Shown one piece after another: positions 25,649 to 35,903 of a stretch of 51,179 nucleotides of DNA. The translations under genes and the position numbers were made by a program. The DNA comes from Succinivibrio sp. (lineage in GTDB: Bacteria > Pseudomonadota > Gammaproteobacteria > Enterobacterales > Succinivibrionaceae), in assembly GCA_045634805.1 (NCBI GenBank), contig JAZRAY010000121.1, positions 1 to 51,179 on the forward strand, given 5' to 3'. Positions within the stretch are counted from its first letter, which is position 1; every line of letters begins with the position of its first letter. The notes beneath the pieces were generated by a model, which had not been told where the DNA came from, did no database searches, and saw nothing but the letters and a program-made list of their open reading frames with translations.

Positions 25649-26668
25649 ATGTTTGACTGGAAATGGAATCTATCCGATATAAATCAGAATAAACCTCTCA
25701 AGGTATTTACAATCTTCAGCTGTGGCGGTGGTTCCTCAATGGGCTATAAGAAAGCCGGATTTGAGGTCATTGGAAACTGTGAGCTAGACCCTCGCATTAA
25801 CAAGGTTTATGTAAAGAATCACCATCCAAAGTATAACTTCCTGATGGATGCAAGAGAGTTTGCGGGATTAGACAAATATCCTGACGAACTGATGAATCTT
25901 GATATTCTTGACGGTTCTCCTCCATGCAGTACCTTTTCAACCTCAGGCAAACGTGAGAAAGCTTGGGGAGTAATGAAAAAATTTGCAGAAGGACAGAAGC
26001 TCCAGAGACTTGATGATCTGTTTTTCGTCTATCTGGAGATAGTCAGAAAGCTAAGACCTAAGGTATCTATCGCTGAGAATGTAACAGGCTTAGTCAAAGG
26101 AAACGCAAAAGGCTATGTAAGTGAAATTATTAAAACTTACAGAGAGCTTGGTTATGAAGTACAAATCTTCAAGCTAAACGGTGCCTTCATGAATGTTCCT
26201 CAGAAAAGAGAGCGAGTATTCTTTATCGCTAACCGTTGCGGATTCCCTAAGTTAAAGCTGAATTTTAACTATAAGCCTATTCTCTTCGGTGATGTTCGTT
26301 CCGAGCATGGAAGTACATCAGGAATCAATCCTGGTACTGAGACTTATAAGTTAATAAGTCAGATTCAGATTCAGGACCATGATTTATCAGATGTCTGCAA
26401 GAGACTTAAGGGTAAAGAAAGTCACTTCAGTTCCAAGATAAATCATGACAATGAAGTCGCTTATACCTTGGATGCAGGTTCTTTAATGCTCAGATACTGC
26501 GACAAGCTGGCTCTGTCAAAACAGGACATAATCAATATTTCGAGCTTTCCTCAGGATTATGACTTTTTAGACCAGAGTCCACAGTTTATCTGTGGAATGA
26601 GCGTACCGCCTAACATGATGGCTAATATTGCCTCAGAGATTTATAAACAATGGTTTGCTAAAGGGTAG
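25649..26668 (+). CDS. C5 cytosine DNA methyltransferase 2
   Basis: FSCGGGSSMG, GSPPCSTFS, AENVTG, PQKRERVFF, GMSVPP. Confidence 0.92.
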   Translation: MFDWKWNLSDINQNKPLKVFTIFSCGGGSSMGYKKAGFEVIGNCELDPRINKVYVKNHHPKYNFLMDAREFAGLDKYPDELMNLDILDGSPPCSTFSTSGKREKAWGVMKKFAEGQKLQRLDDLFFVYLEIVRKLRPKVSIAENVTGLVKGNAKGYVSEIIKTYRELGYEVQIFKLNGAFMNVPQKRERVFFIANRCGFPKLKLNFNYKPILFGDVRSEHGSTSGINPGTETYKLISQIQIQDHDLSDVCKRLKGKESHFSSKINHDNEVAYTLDAGSLMLRYCDKLALSKQDIINISSFPQDYDFLDQSPQFICGMSVPPNMMANIASEIYKQWFAKG

Positions 26669-26732
26669 ATATTGTTTTTATGTTTTATCAAAGATTTTTA
26701 TCGTCATGAATAAGAAATAAAAGGTGACAGCT

Positions 26733-27104
26733 ATGGCTAGAACGAAAATACCTATCAGCACTGAAATGGTTGAAGCCCTAGCGTCCCAAGGTCTAACCCT
26801 TGAGCAGGTCGCTGACAATCTGAATATGGATAGAAGAACCTTCTATCTGCGCAGAAAAGAAGAACCTGAGATTGAAGAAGCCTATAACCGAGGAAGGTCA
26901 AAGGGAATCAAGATAATTGCAAACGCTCTTTTTGAGGAAGCACGAAAGGGCAATACAACCGCTCAGATATTCTTCCTGAAATGTCATGGATGGAGCGAAC
27001 AGAATCGACTTGACGTAAATCTTGACGTTAAGCAGAAATCCATCAAGGAAATGAGCGACGAAGAGCTTAAAGCTGAGTTGGTGAAGTATGGTGACAAGAG
27101 CTGA
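26733..27104 (+). CDS. terminase small subunit
   Basis: HTH GLTLEQVADNL, GNTTAQIFFLK; overlaps the large subunit. Confidence 0.8.
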   Translation: MARTKIPISTEMVEALASQGLTLEQVADNLNMDRRTFYLRRKEEPEIEEAYNRGRSKGIKIIANALFEEARKGNTTAQIFFLKCHGWSEQNRLDVNLDVKQKSIKEMSDEELKAELVKYGDKS

Positions 27105-28572
27105 GACTCAGGCTGAGTATGTACGCAGACTGAAACATGAACTTCAGAGACGTGCAGCCATCAATGAACTAAGCTCTTTTATTCTGCACACAACTCCCAA
27201 TTATCTGATGGGATGGGCTCATAAGGAAATCTGTGAGACTCTTGATCAGTTCCTCAAGGATGTTATTGAGGGTAAGTCCCCAAGACTTATCATCTGCATG
27301 CCACCTCGTTCTGGCAAATCACAGATTGTAAGTCGTGCTTTTCCGGCTTATGCCTTAGGCAAGAATCCTGATTTTCAGATAATCGCTACCTCATACAGCT
27401 CGGATTTATCAAGCCGATTTAACCGAGACGTACAGAGAATTATCGATGACGACCCTTATCGTGAGATATTCCCTGATACAAGCTTAAACTCTCAGCACAT
27501 TAAGAGCAGTTCGAGCGGTTCCTATATTAGAACCTCTGATTTGTTTGAGATTGTCGGCCATAAGGGAGCTTACCGCTCAACGGGTGTCGGTGGTGGTATT
27601 ACCGGTCAGGGTGCGGATATTCTGATTATCGATGATCCCATTAAAGACCGAGCAGACGCTAACAGCTCTACTTTAAGGGATAAGGTCTGGGACTGGTATA
27701 CATCAACTGCATATACCCGATTAAGTCCGGGTGGCGGTGTGATTGTGATGTCGACCCGTTGGCACACAGATGACCTCATTGGAAGACTTCTGAAAAATGC
27801 CAAAGAGGGCAGTGGTGATAATTTCAAAATTATCAATTACCCTGCCATTGCCGAGCATGACGAACCTCATAGAAAAGCCGGAGAGCCTTTACATCCTGAA
27901 CGCTATGACCTGGCACAGTTAGAGGCTATCCGTTTGACTGTAGGCTCAAGAGACTGGTCTGCATTGTATCAGCAGCATCCTGTTCCTGAGGGCGGAGCAA
28001 TCCTCAAGCTTGACCAGTTTAAGCGATATAACTCAACCTCACTTCCTCCACAGTTTGACCAGATTCTAGGTTCTTGGGATATGACTTTCAAAGATACTAA
28101 GACAAGTGACTTTGTGGTCGGTCAGATTTGGGGACGCAAGGCACTTGACTATTATCTGCTCGACTTGGTTCGAGGACAGTGGGATTTTTCAAAAACTCTT
28201 GAGATGTTCATTTTCCTGTCTGAGAAATGGCCTAAGGTACAACGATGGCTAATCGAAGATAAGGCTAATGGAAGTGCAATTATAAGCGTCCTTAAGAAGC
28301 ATATTCATGGAATAACACCAATCAATCCTACTGAAAGCAAGATTGAGCGCGCTTATTCTGTAACTCCAATCATTGAGGGCGGATGTGTCTATATTCCTGA
28401 GAATGCACCTTGGATGCCTTGCTTTGAGGATGAGGTTATAAACTTCCCTGCAGGTGCACATGATGATCAGGTTGATTCCATGACTCAGATTCTCAACTAC
28501 ATGAGAGAACATCCATTCATGCAAATTCATCAGAGCAATATTGCTGCCTTGAAGCGTCCACGATTTAGATAG
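27088..28572 (+). CDS. terminase large subunit
   Basis: MPPRSGKS Walker A, IIDDPIK Walker B, IEDKANG and HDDQVDS nuclease motifs. Confidence 0.95.
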   Translation: MVTRAETQAEYVRRLKHELQRRAAINELSSFILHTTPNYLMGWAHKEICETLDQFLKDVIEGKSPRLIICMPPRSGKSQIVSRAFPAYALGKNPDFQIIATSYSSDLSSRFNRDVQRIIDDDPYREIFPDTSLNSQHIKSSSSGSYIRTSDLFEIVGHKGAYRSTGVGGGITGQGADILIIDDPIKDRADANSSTLRDKVWDWYTSTAYTRLSPGGGVIVMSTRWHTDDLIGRLLKNAKEGSGDNFKIINYPAIAEHDEPHRKAGEPLHPERYDLAQLEAIRLTVGSRDWSALYQQHPVPEGGAILKLDQFKRYNSTSLPPQFDQILGSWDMTFKDTKTSDFVVGQIWGRKALDYYLLDLVRGQWDFSKTLEMFIFLSEKWPKVQRWLIEDKANGSAIISVLKKHIHGITPINPTESKIERAYSVTPIIEGGCVYIPENAPWMPCFEDEVINFPAGAHDDQVDSMTQILNYMREHPFMQIHQSNIAALKRPRFR

Positions 28573-28583
28573 GTTATACAAAA

Positions 28584-30176
28584 ATGTTAGTACAAAAGAC
28601 CTCTACAACTCCTAAAGCACCAAAGGCACAGCCTAAGAAGCAGAAGAGAAAAATCAGTGCATCTGAATTTCGTTCTCAGCTTTGTATGCCACGCAGAACA
28701 GTCAATGCTCTTAAGACCTTGGAAGATGTAAAGAAAGCATTTTCTCTGCCTATCAATGCCTCAGGAATCACCAAAGAACAGCGTATGGCCATGGATTCCG
28801 CTTTTGACTGTTCAGGCGGTTACAGTGCAATCTTTGGTTCACTGACTCAGCATGGCTTTGATATGGGACAGTACCCGCTGACCTCATTTATCGGCTATGG
28901 AGTTCTGCAGCAGATTGCACAGCAGGGCTTAATCAGAGCATGTATTCAGACCGTTGCTGACGACATGACCCGCATGTGGATTGAGCTTAAGGGCGGTGAT
29001 GATACAGACGGCGATAAGCTTAACCAACTTAAGGACCTTATCGATAACAAGTACCATCTCCGTGAGGTTTTTCATAAAGCATTTGTCACAACCGGCTATA
29101 TGGGCGGAGCATTTGTCTATGTTAAAACTCAATCCGAGCAGATAAATCTTCCTCTGACCTACAACGATAAGAACAAGGAGCTTGCAAAGGGCGAGAAGAT
29201 AAGCTTTATAGTGGTAGATCCGGTTAACACTTCTCCAATGGAGTATAACTGCACCAATCCGCTTGAAGATGATTATATGAAGCCTAGACGTTGGGTCGTA
29301 CTCTCTCATGAGGTACACAGCTCACGTATGCTTCCTATTATCGATAATGAGCCACCTACTCTTCTGAAGCCTTCTTACAATTTTCTCGGAATCCCTCAGG
29401 CACAGATTCTGTGGGATTACGTAATGCACTTCAATCAGTGCCGAGTAAACGCTCAGAATCTGCTTAAGAAGATTTCTCTTCTGGTGGTTCAGACTGATAT
29501 GGATGCAATTCTATCCTCTCAGGACGGAGTGGCTAACTTTGATGAGCGCATGAACTTCCTGGCACGTTATCGTGACAATGATTCAGTCTTTGTATGCGAT
29601 AAGAGCGAGGAGGCTGTCTCCAATGTGCAGACCACTATCAGCGGATGTACAGACGTTGTGCGTCAGGCTCTTGAGATGGTTGCAGCAATCAATAGAACTC
29701 CTGCAGTCAAGTTGCTGGGAATCAGTCCTTCAGGCTTCAACGCTACTGGCGAGTCTGACATTAGAAATTACTATGACTATGTGCACAGTAAGCAGGAATT
29801 ACATCACGAACAGATACAGAGATGTATCGAGGCGATTCAGCTTGTCGAGTATGGATTCATAGACAAGTCAATCGGCTTTGATTTCGTTGACCTCAATATT
29901 GAGAACGAAACTGCAGCTGCTATGACTGCACAGACCAAGATTGCATCACTCGCTCAGTTACTTGACCGTCAGGTAATGAGTGCAGAGGAAATGCGTCAGG
30001 CTGTTAAGCAGGATGAGAGCTTGGGACTGTCTTTCCTCTCTGATGAGATTCCTGAAGATTTGAAGCTGGCTGATAACGAGGATTTCATGACTGATGATCC
30101 CGTCTCAAATGTATTTGAGCGCATGCTGAAGGAGCAGAAGAATGGCAACCAAGCCGAGAACATGCAGAGCAGTTGA
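28584..30176 (+). CDS. portal protein (DUF1073-type)
   Basis: Position after TerL; PAVKLLGISPSGFNATGESDIRNYYD motif. Confidence 0.85.
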   Translation: MLVQKTSTTPKAPKAQPKKQKRKISASEFRSQLCMPRRTVNALKTLEDVKKAFSLPINASGITKEQRMAMDSAFDCSGGYSAIFGSLTQHGFDMGQYPLTSFIGYGVLQQIAQQGLIRACIQTVADDMTRMWIELKGGDDTDGDKLNQLKDLIDNKYHLREVFHKAFVTTGYMGGAFVYVKTQSEQINLPLTYNDKNKELAKGEKISFIVVDPVNTSPMEYNCTNPLEDDYMKPRRWVVLSHEVHSSRMLPIIDNEPPTLLKPSYNFLGIPQAQILWDYVMHFNQCRVNAQNLLKKISLLVVQTDMDAILSSQDGVANFDERMNFLARYRDNDSVFVCDKSEEAVSNVQTTISGCTDVVRQALEMVAAINRTPAVKLLGISPSGFNATGESDIRNYYDYVHSKQELHHEQIQRCIEAIQLVEYGFIDKSIGFDFVDLNIENETAAAMTAQTKIASLAQLLDRQVMSAEEMRQAVKQDESLGLSFLSDEIPEDLKLADNEDFMTDDPVSNVFERMLKEQKNGNQAENMQSS

Positions 30177-31065
30177 AGCGAATATCGGAGTGCGAAACAA
30201 GTATGCAAAGACACTAAAAAATATTGAGCTTGAATTCCAATATTTTGTATTGAAGCAGATACTTGTCGCACTCGATGAGCAAAGCGTGCTCGCTCAAGAT
30301 TCTGTTTTTGACCCTAAGAATCAGCAGGACAAAGAAAAGCTTAAGCAGGTAAAGAAGAAAACTCTACAAAGCTGGCTTAAATCAGCACCTGAACAGCTGA
30401 AAAGTCGCATTGATTCAATCATCAGTGTGAATCTTGTAGACTGGCTCTCTCTTCTCACAGTTGCAACCTCGAAAGTTGCAACAAATTTCGTTAAAAGTAT
30501 CGTCGTTTCTACTTCAAACGCTCAGAAAAAAGCACTTATTGCAGCTCGATTCAATCAAGGTCTGATTGCTGAGAACTGGACTGTTCCAATTGTCAAAAAT
30601 CAGTATGTAAGTCCTGAAGCAATGAATCTTGTCGAAGAGCAGATAAAGCAGAATGTAGCACTGATTACAAAGATTAGTACAGACGATGTGAATCGTATTT
30701 CTGATGTCATAACTCAAGGCTTAATCAACGGCAACAATGAGAACGAGCTTCGAGAAGCACTGAGAAATACAAAAGGCTTTAATGACGGAAGAATAGAGCG
30801 AGTTGTCTTGGACCAGACAAACAAGCTTAATACAGCTGTGCAGACAGCAAATGCACTTTCTTTAGGTGTTACTGAGGCGATTTGGAAACATGTTGCAGGT
30901 GAGCATTCAAGCCGACCTACGCATGAGGAAATGGACGGGAAGAAATTCAACATCACAGAAGGCATATATGACAGAGCAGTCGGTTATAACGTCAAGTGTG
31001 GCGAATTGCCTTTCTGTCGCTGTCAGATGAGACTTCTCTTTAAGCGAGAACAGACAAATGAATAA
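30142..31065 (+). CDS. head morphogenesis protein (Mu gpF/SPP1 gp7-like)
   Basis: DQTNKL, W.H...RPTH, PFCRC C-terminus. Confidence 0.8.
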   Translation: MATKPRTCRAVEANIGVRNKYAKTLKNIELEFQYFVLKQILVALDEQSVLAQDSVFDPKNQQDKEKLKQVKKKTLQSWLKSAPEQLKSRIDSIISVNLVDWLSLLTVATSKVATNFVKSIVVSTSNAQKKALIAARFNQGLIAENWTVPIVKNQYVSPEAMNLVEEQIKQNVALITKISTDDVNRISDVITQGLINGNNENELREALRNTKGFNDGRIERVVLDQTNKLNTAVQTANALSLGVTEAIWKHVAGEHSSRPTHEEMDGKKFNITEGIYDRAVGYNVKCGELPFCRCQMRLLFKREQTNE

Positions 31066-32443
31066 GAGAAAACTTGTATATGACCGACAGCCGGTGGAGT
31101 CAGTCCGTCATATAGATGACAACGGCTACCTCCATGTAGATGTAAGCAACATCACACGTGAGCAGGTCGCACCTTACAAAGGAATTGAAATCCCCGACTT
31201 TGAAAAGCTTGGATTTGAGGCTGATGCATTGTATTACGGCTATCGCCCTGCATCTGAGCTTTCAAAGCCTGAGACTATCAACTCCCTTAATGGAATTCCA
31301 ATTCTTTTGAATCACAAACCCGATTCAGCCTCAGAACCGGCTTCAAACCGTGTAGGTTCAACCGGTACTGATGCAGAGTGGGACGCACCTTTCCTGAAGA
31401 ACTCACTGCACATTCAGGATGCTGACGCTATCTCCAGAATCAATGACGGCAGTATGAAAGAACTCTCAATGGGTTATTTCTATACTCCCGTTGCAAAGTC
31501 AGGAGAATGGCAGGGACAGCACTATGACTTTATCATGACTGACATCGCCTGCAACCACGTCGCTCTTGTGGAGCGAGGCAGAGCCGGACCTACAGTCATG
31601 GTTAAAGATTCAGCACTTTCATTAACAGACCTTCCTAACCGAGATGGTAAGGAAGATCATTTTTTACCATCTAATAAGGAGACTGGTATGACTAGAGAAG
31701 AGCAGATCAATGATCTACTGAAAGTTACCTCTGTTGCAGGTCTTGACCCTGAGAAAATCAAGGAAAAGATTCAGCTAATCCTAGAGGCAAAGGAAGATGA
31801 AGGAACCACTGACGGTGACACCACTGACCCTGAGAAGAAAGGCGAAGAGGGTAAAGCTGAAGGTGAGAAGAAAGCCGAGGACGGCTGTGGCAAGGATGAA
31901 GACCCAGAGAAGAAAGACGACGATAAGGTCACTCTGGACGAGGATTCAGAGAAAGCTGCAAAAGCATGCGGTCTTGATACCGAAGATCCTCTAATTCAGA
32001 AAGCCTTTGCCGAGGGGGTTAAATACGGTGAGCGTTTAGAGAAGGAAGAGCCTAAGAAGCTAGATTCAGAGCATGAATCAGAGGGCGAGAAGAGAGCTCT
32101 TGGTGAGGACACCGCTGAAAAGATTACCAAGATGATTGAAGAGCAGTACAAAGCTAAGTATTCAGCTTTTGAAGCAAAGCATGACGCTATCGAAGAGTGC
32201 GAAAAATCTTTAGGTAAGGTCAGAGCTTCAGCTTATGACTCAGCAGAGGCTGTTTATCTTGATGCATTAAAGGCAGAAGGTATCAATACCAAAGACTTTA
32301 AGAAGTCTGAGGCACGTACCGCATATCGCACCTTAATGAGTGTCAAGAAGAAGACTTCAAATACCGTCACAATGGATTCTGCAGAGAATCAGAAAGATGA
32401 CGCGCTGGTATCAATGTTAAACAACATTAAAGTAGGAGAATAA
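31058..32443 (+). CDS. prohead protease/scaffold (DUF2213-type)
   Basis: KELSMGY and NHVALVERGRAG motifs; acidic scaffold-like C-terminus. Confidence 0.85.
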   Translation: MNKRKLVYDRQPVESVRHIDDNGYLHVDVSNITREQVAPYKGIEIPDFEKLGFEADALYYGYRPASELSKPETINSLNGIPILLNHKPDSASEPASNRVGSTGTDAEWDAPFLKNSLHIQDADAISRINDGSMKELSMGYFYTPVAKSGEWQGQHYDFIMTDIACNHVALVERGRAGPTVMVKDSALSLTDLPNRDGKEDHFLPSNKETGMTREEQINDLLKVTSVAGLDPEKIKEKIQLILEAKEDEGTTDGDTTDPEKKGEEGKAEGEKKAEDGCGKDEDPEKKDDDKVTLDEDSEKAAKACGLDTEDPLIQKAFAEGVKYGERLEKEEPKKLDSEHESEGEKRALGEDTAEKITKMIEEQYKAKYSAFEAKHDAIEECEKSLGKVRASAYDSAEAVYLDALKAEGINTKDFKKSEARTAYRTLMSVKKKTSNTVTMDSAENQKDDALVSMLNNIKVGE

Positions 32444-32447
32444 TACT

Positions 32448-32960
32448 ATGCCTTTACAGAAATCAGTTGGTCTGAAATATGGTCTAGCTGTTGCAGGTCA
32501 GCAGGTAGTTATCAATCAGGCAGAATACTTACACTTTAATCCACTGTCAGACGGCACTGTTAAGGCAGGTACTTTCTGCTTTAAGAAGGCTGTCGAGGGT
32601 CAGGGCGAAGCTTTTGGCTATGCATCTTTAAAGGGTGCTAGTGCAAGTGCAGAGCCTCTAGGCTTCGTTGAGCGCGTGGTTGACACTTACATCGAGTCTG
32701 TTACAGCTGAGAGCACCGACACTTATCCTGAAGGTTCTCCTGTGACTGTCGCTGTTCGTGGTCAGTTCTATGCTGAAGCACCTGCCAATATCTCTGCAGA
32801 TGGTCTATCAGTATTCATCGATGCTACAACCGGTGCAATCACCATTGCTTCAGCTCCTGAAAGCGGAAGCACTGCAATTGATACTCACTGGAAGTGCAGA
32901 ATCCCTAATGGCGGAACCTCTGCCCAGAAGGGTGATCTTGTAATTTTCGAGAGATTCTAA
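32448..32960 (+). CDS. head decoration/cement protein
   Basis: Position between protease and capsid; Ala/Gly-rich. Confidence 0.6.
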   Translation: MPLQKSVGLKYGLAVAGQQVVINQAEYLHFNPLSDGTVKAGTFCFKKAVEGQGEAFGYASLKGASASAEPLGFVERVVDTYIESVTAESTDTYPEGSPVTVAVRGQFYAEAPANISADGLSVFIDATTGAITIASAPESGSTAIDTHWKCRIPNGGTSAQKGDLVIFERF

Positions 32961-32979
32961 AAGTTAGAGGAGTGAGAAA

Positions 32980-34041
32980 ATGAATTTAATCGAATTAGCT
33001 AAAGAGCGTGGTATTTCCGCTCCATACGCTAACGGCTTTATGGCTTATGATTCAGTGGGCGGACAGATTGTCCTAAACGCTAAGAAAACTCAGGAACGCA
33101 TTTCAATGGGCATGGACGCTGTATTAGGTGCCAATGTCGGTTTACCTGCAGAGTTCGCATCCTACATTTCACCTGAGGTTGTAAAGGTTTTAGTTGCACC
33201 AAACAATGCAACAAAACTTGCTCCTGAGGTAAAAGTGGGTGACTTTGAGAACGAGTTCTACAAGTTCCCTGTTGAAGAGATTTCAGGCGCTGTACAGCCT
33301 TATTCAGACTTTGATAATGCCGTCAGCGTTGATGTCAATTACAACTTCCCAGTTCGTGAGAATTTCAGATTCCAGGCATCCTTAAAGTATGGTGAACTGG
33401 AAGCTGCAAAGGCTGCAACTGCAAAGATTAACCTTGCATCACGTAAGCAGGTTGCTTGTGCATCTGTCATTGCCAAGGCTGGCAACTCATTCTACCTATA
33501 CGGTGTATTAGGCAAGAAGAGTTACGGTTCATTAAACGATCCTAATTTAAATGACGCTTTAACTCCTAACTCAATCAGCACTAAGACTAAGTGGGAGGAT
33601 AAGACCAACGACAATCCTGGTCAGTCTGCAAATATCGTTTACGCTGACATTGTTAAGCTGATTAACAGCGTATCAGGTCAGTTAGGTGGTTACTTCAACC
33701 CTAATGATGAGATGACCCTAGGCATTTCTAACAACAGATTCCAGTATCTGTCTTTAGCTAATACCTTCGGTGTAACTGCATTAGACTTACTGAAGAAAAC
33801 TTATCCAAATCTGCGCATTGAACAGGTCCCTGAGTTATCAACCGCTGCAGGTGACATGCTATATCTAAGCATTCCAAAGACTTTCGAGGGAGCTAACACC
33901 ATTGAGTGTAACTTCTCCGAGAAGTTCCGTCTGGGTGCTCTGATTCGTCATGAGTCACACTACTCACAGAAGGCTTCATCTGGCACCTATGGCTCAGTGA
34001 TTAAATATCCTGAGTACATTGGTACTATGGTCGGTATCTAA
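32980..34041 (+). CDS. major capsid protein
   Basis: 353 aa, strong SD, followed by a terminator; YGSLNDPNL and GSVIKYP..I..MVGI ends typical of this head module. Confidence 0.8.
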   Translation: MNLIELAKERGISAPYANGFMAYDSVGGQIVLNAKKTQERISMGMDAVLGANVGLPAEFASYISPEVVKVLVAPNNATKLAPEVKVGDFENEFYKFPVEEISGAVQPYSDFDNAVSVDVNYNFPVRENFRFQASLKYGELEAAKAATAKINLASRKQVACASVIAKAGNSFYLYGVLGKKSYGSLNDPNLNDALTPNSISTKTKWEDKTNDNPGQSANIVYADIVKLINSVSGQLGGYFNPNDEMTLGISNNRFQYLSLANTFGVTALDLLKKTYPNLRIEQVPELSTAAGDMLYLSIPKTFEGANTIECNFSEKFRLGALIRHESHYSQKASSGTYGSVIKYPEYIGTMVGI

Positions 34042-34072
34042 ACAACATAAAATAGTCCTTAAAGAAATGTTC

Positions 34073-34101
34073 AAAAGGGAGCCTTTAAAGCTCCCTTTTT
34101 T
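34073..34101 (+). terminator. intrinsic terminator after capsid gene
   Basis: AAAAGGGAGC-CTTTAAA-GCTCCCTTTTT. Confidence 0.85.
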
Positions 34102-34134
34102 AGTTGGCAAAAATTTCATGGAGATTCATTCCAA

Positions 34135-34623
34135 ATGGCTACAAAAAGAAAAACAATCAGCAAGACAACCATCAAAAAAGGCAATGGTCGAGTAGTAGGT
34201 TCAACCACTGAGACACAGAAAGAAGAGACTTTAATCGGTGCTGACGTTGTGACTCTGAGAGTATCACTTCGCCGTGCTATAAGATTTGACGATATTCCAT
34301 CAGGCAACGGCACCAAGTCAGTAAGACTTCCAAGCCTTGATGATTTATTAAGAGGCAAGAGTGAGGGAGTTTTAACTCCTGAAGGCAATGCTATCTTCTA
34401 TCAGTTACCACGCTCAGAGTGGGAAGCAATCAAAGCCATGTATGGCGATATGCAGTGCTTCCATCAGTATCAGGGCAGACCTCCATTAGTTGCTGAAGTT
34501 GAATCTGTAATTGCTGCAAGGTCAGGAGCTTACAGAGAGGATATTGAGGCAACCGACACCAAGCTAGGTCAGGCAGACCCTACCAAGCTGAATGTTAAAG
34601 AAGTCAAAGACGGCGAAGAATAA
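34135..34623 (+). CDS. hypothetical virion-module protein
   Basis: ORF with GGAG SD after the capsid gene. Confidence 0.7.
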   Translation: MATKRKTISKTTIKKGNGRVVGSTTETQKEETLIGADVVTLRVSLRRAIRFDDIPSGNGTKSVRLPSLDDLLRGKSEGVLTPEGNAIFYQLPRSEWEAIKAMYGDMQCFHQYQGRPPLVAEVESVIAARSGAYREDIEATDTKLGQADPTKLNVKEVKDGEE

Positions 34624-34636
34624 GGAAGAATAAACC

Positions 34637-35074
34637 ATGAGCGACGTTGTATTTAATTATAGTGAGTTCCTTGCAAGATTCCCTCACATTGCAACAGCAG
34701 TCAATGAGGGTAAGCTGACTCAGCAAACTATCGAAGAGACTTATAACGGCGTCGCTCAATGGCTCGGTTCAACTGATGCGACTTCGCTTTATCCTTATGA
34801 TCCTGAACATGGTGTTTATACAAGAAAAAATCTCTTGTATCTTGCTACATGTCATCTTCTAAGCCTCGGTTTATGGGGAACAGGACAGCCCGGACGTGTG
34901 GCAAGTGCAACTCAAGGCAGTGTTTCAACCTCTTTTGACTTGATTAAGACAAATTCCTTAGTCGGTCAATGGTGGTTGCAGACTCCATGCGGTTCACAGT
35001 ACTGGGTTATGTCAGCACCATTCCGCAGAGGCGGTCGTTTGTACACTGTCCCTAAATACCACCCTTGGGGATAG
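34637..35074 (+). CDS. head-tail adaptor (DUF4054-type)
   Basis: FLARFP, ATCHLL, GRVASATQGSVS, WLQTPCG..YW. Confidence 0.75.
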   Translation: MSDVVFNYSEFLARFPHIATAVNEGKLTQQTIEETYNGVAQWLGSTDATSLYPYDPEHGVYTRKNLLYLATCHLLSLGLWGTGQPGRVASATQGSVSTSFDLIKTNSLVGQWWLQTPCGSQYWVMSAPFRRGGRLYTVPKYHPWG

Positions 35075-35132
35075 GTCATATACAAACATAGACGCTCATA
35101 GACGCATTTTTTATGTAATTAGGGTAGTAAGT

Positions 35133-35735
35133 ATGTCCGTTGACGTGAAACTTGATCTGACGCATTTAGAGCAGTTTATAAGAGACTGCAAAACGGCTGA
35201 CAAAATGCGGGTGAAAGTCGGTGTAAGAGCTGACGCTGTTTACGAAAACGGCATGTCCGTTTCACAAATTGCTAAATATCTTGAGTATGGTTGGGAGCAG
35301 ACAGTCTCAGAAAGACAGTCACGTTGGCTGATGTCTCAGGGTGTCTATAACGTTAAAGAAGGCTCAACACTCAGAATGCCGGCAAGACCGACATTTCAGT
35401 CAACATTCAGCGCAAAGAGTGCAGACTGGTATGACATTGGAGCTTACTACCTGCAGGGTTTGTCAATTAATCCATTAAATAAGATAACTCAGGCACTCAA
35501 GGCAGTAGGTCAGGCAGCACAACAGGACATTGTTGATTGTATCAACAGCGGTGGTTCTTCAAATGGCAATAGTTCATTTGAACTTCGCCACCCTCTGACG
35601 CTGATTCTATATGGCAATCAGGCTTCAGCCGGAAAAAAGAAGATAAAAGGCCATAATCAGACAACAACCATGAAGCCTCTTCATAAGACTGGCGCATTTG
35701 CCCGTTCTATCGCTTACGAAATAACCAACGATTAA
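35133..35735 (+). CDS. neck/virion morphogenesis protein
   Basis: LEYG, PARPTF, PLHKTG motifs; position in the neck region. Confidence 0.65.
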   Translation: MSVDVKLDLTHLEQFIRDCKTADKMRVKVGVRADAVYENGMSVSQIAKYLEYGWEQTVSERQSRWLMSQGVYNVKEGSTLRMPARPTFQSTFSAKSADWYDIGAYYLQGLSINPLNKITQALKAVGQAAQQDIVDCINSGGSSNGNSSFELRHPLTLILYGNQASAGKKKIKGHNQTTTMKPLHKTGAFARSIAYEITND

Positions 35736-35747
35736 TAAGGAAAATAA

Positions 35748-35903
35748 ATGCTAAAAAGAGACCTCATGCCTGATGATCATACTGGCTTAATTCCTTTAAT
35801 AGCCATCCTCATGATAGCGATGGTTTGTGCTTGTCTGTGCATTGTCGGAAGCTACATAGAAAGCAACTCCGATTGTCCGTGTACCTGCGAGGTTAAGAAA
35901 TAA
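35748..35903 (+). CDS. 51-aa Cys-rich membrane peptide
   Basis: AAGG SD; TM segment LIPLIAILMIAMVCACLCIVG and CPCTC tail. Confidence 0.5.
   Translation: MLKRDLMPDDHTGLIPLIAILMIAMVCACLCIVGSYIESNSDCPCTCEVKK

Noticed and set aside
28584-30176. Anti-CBASS Acb1 annotation sometimes attached to DUF1073 proteins
   Set aside because: Position and size fit the portal, and no HxT/S phosphoesterase domain is visible.
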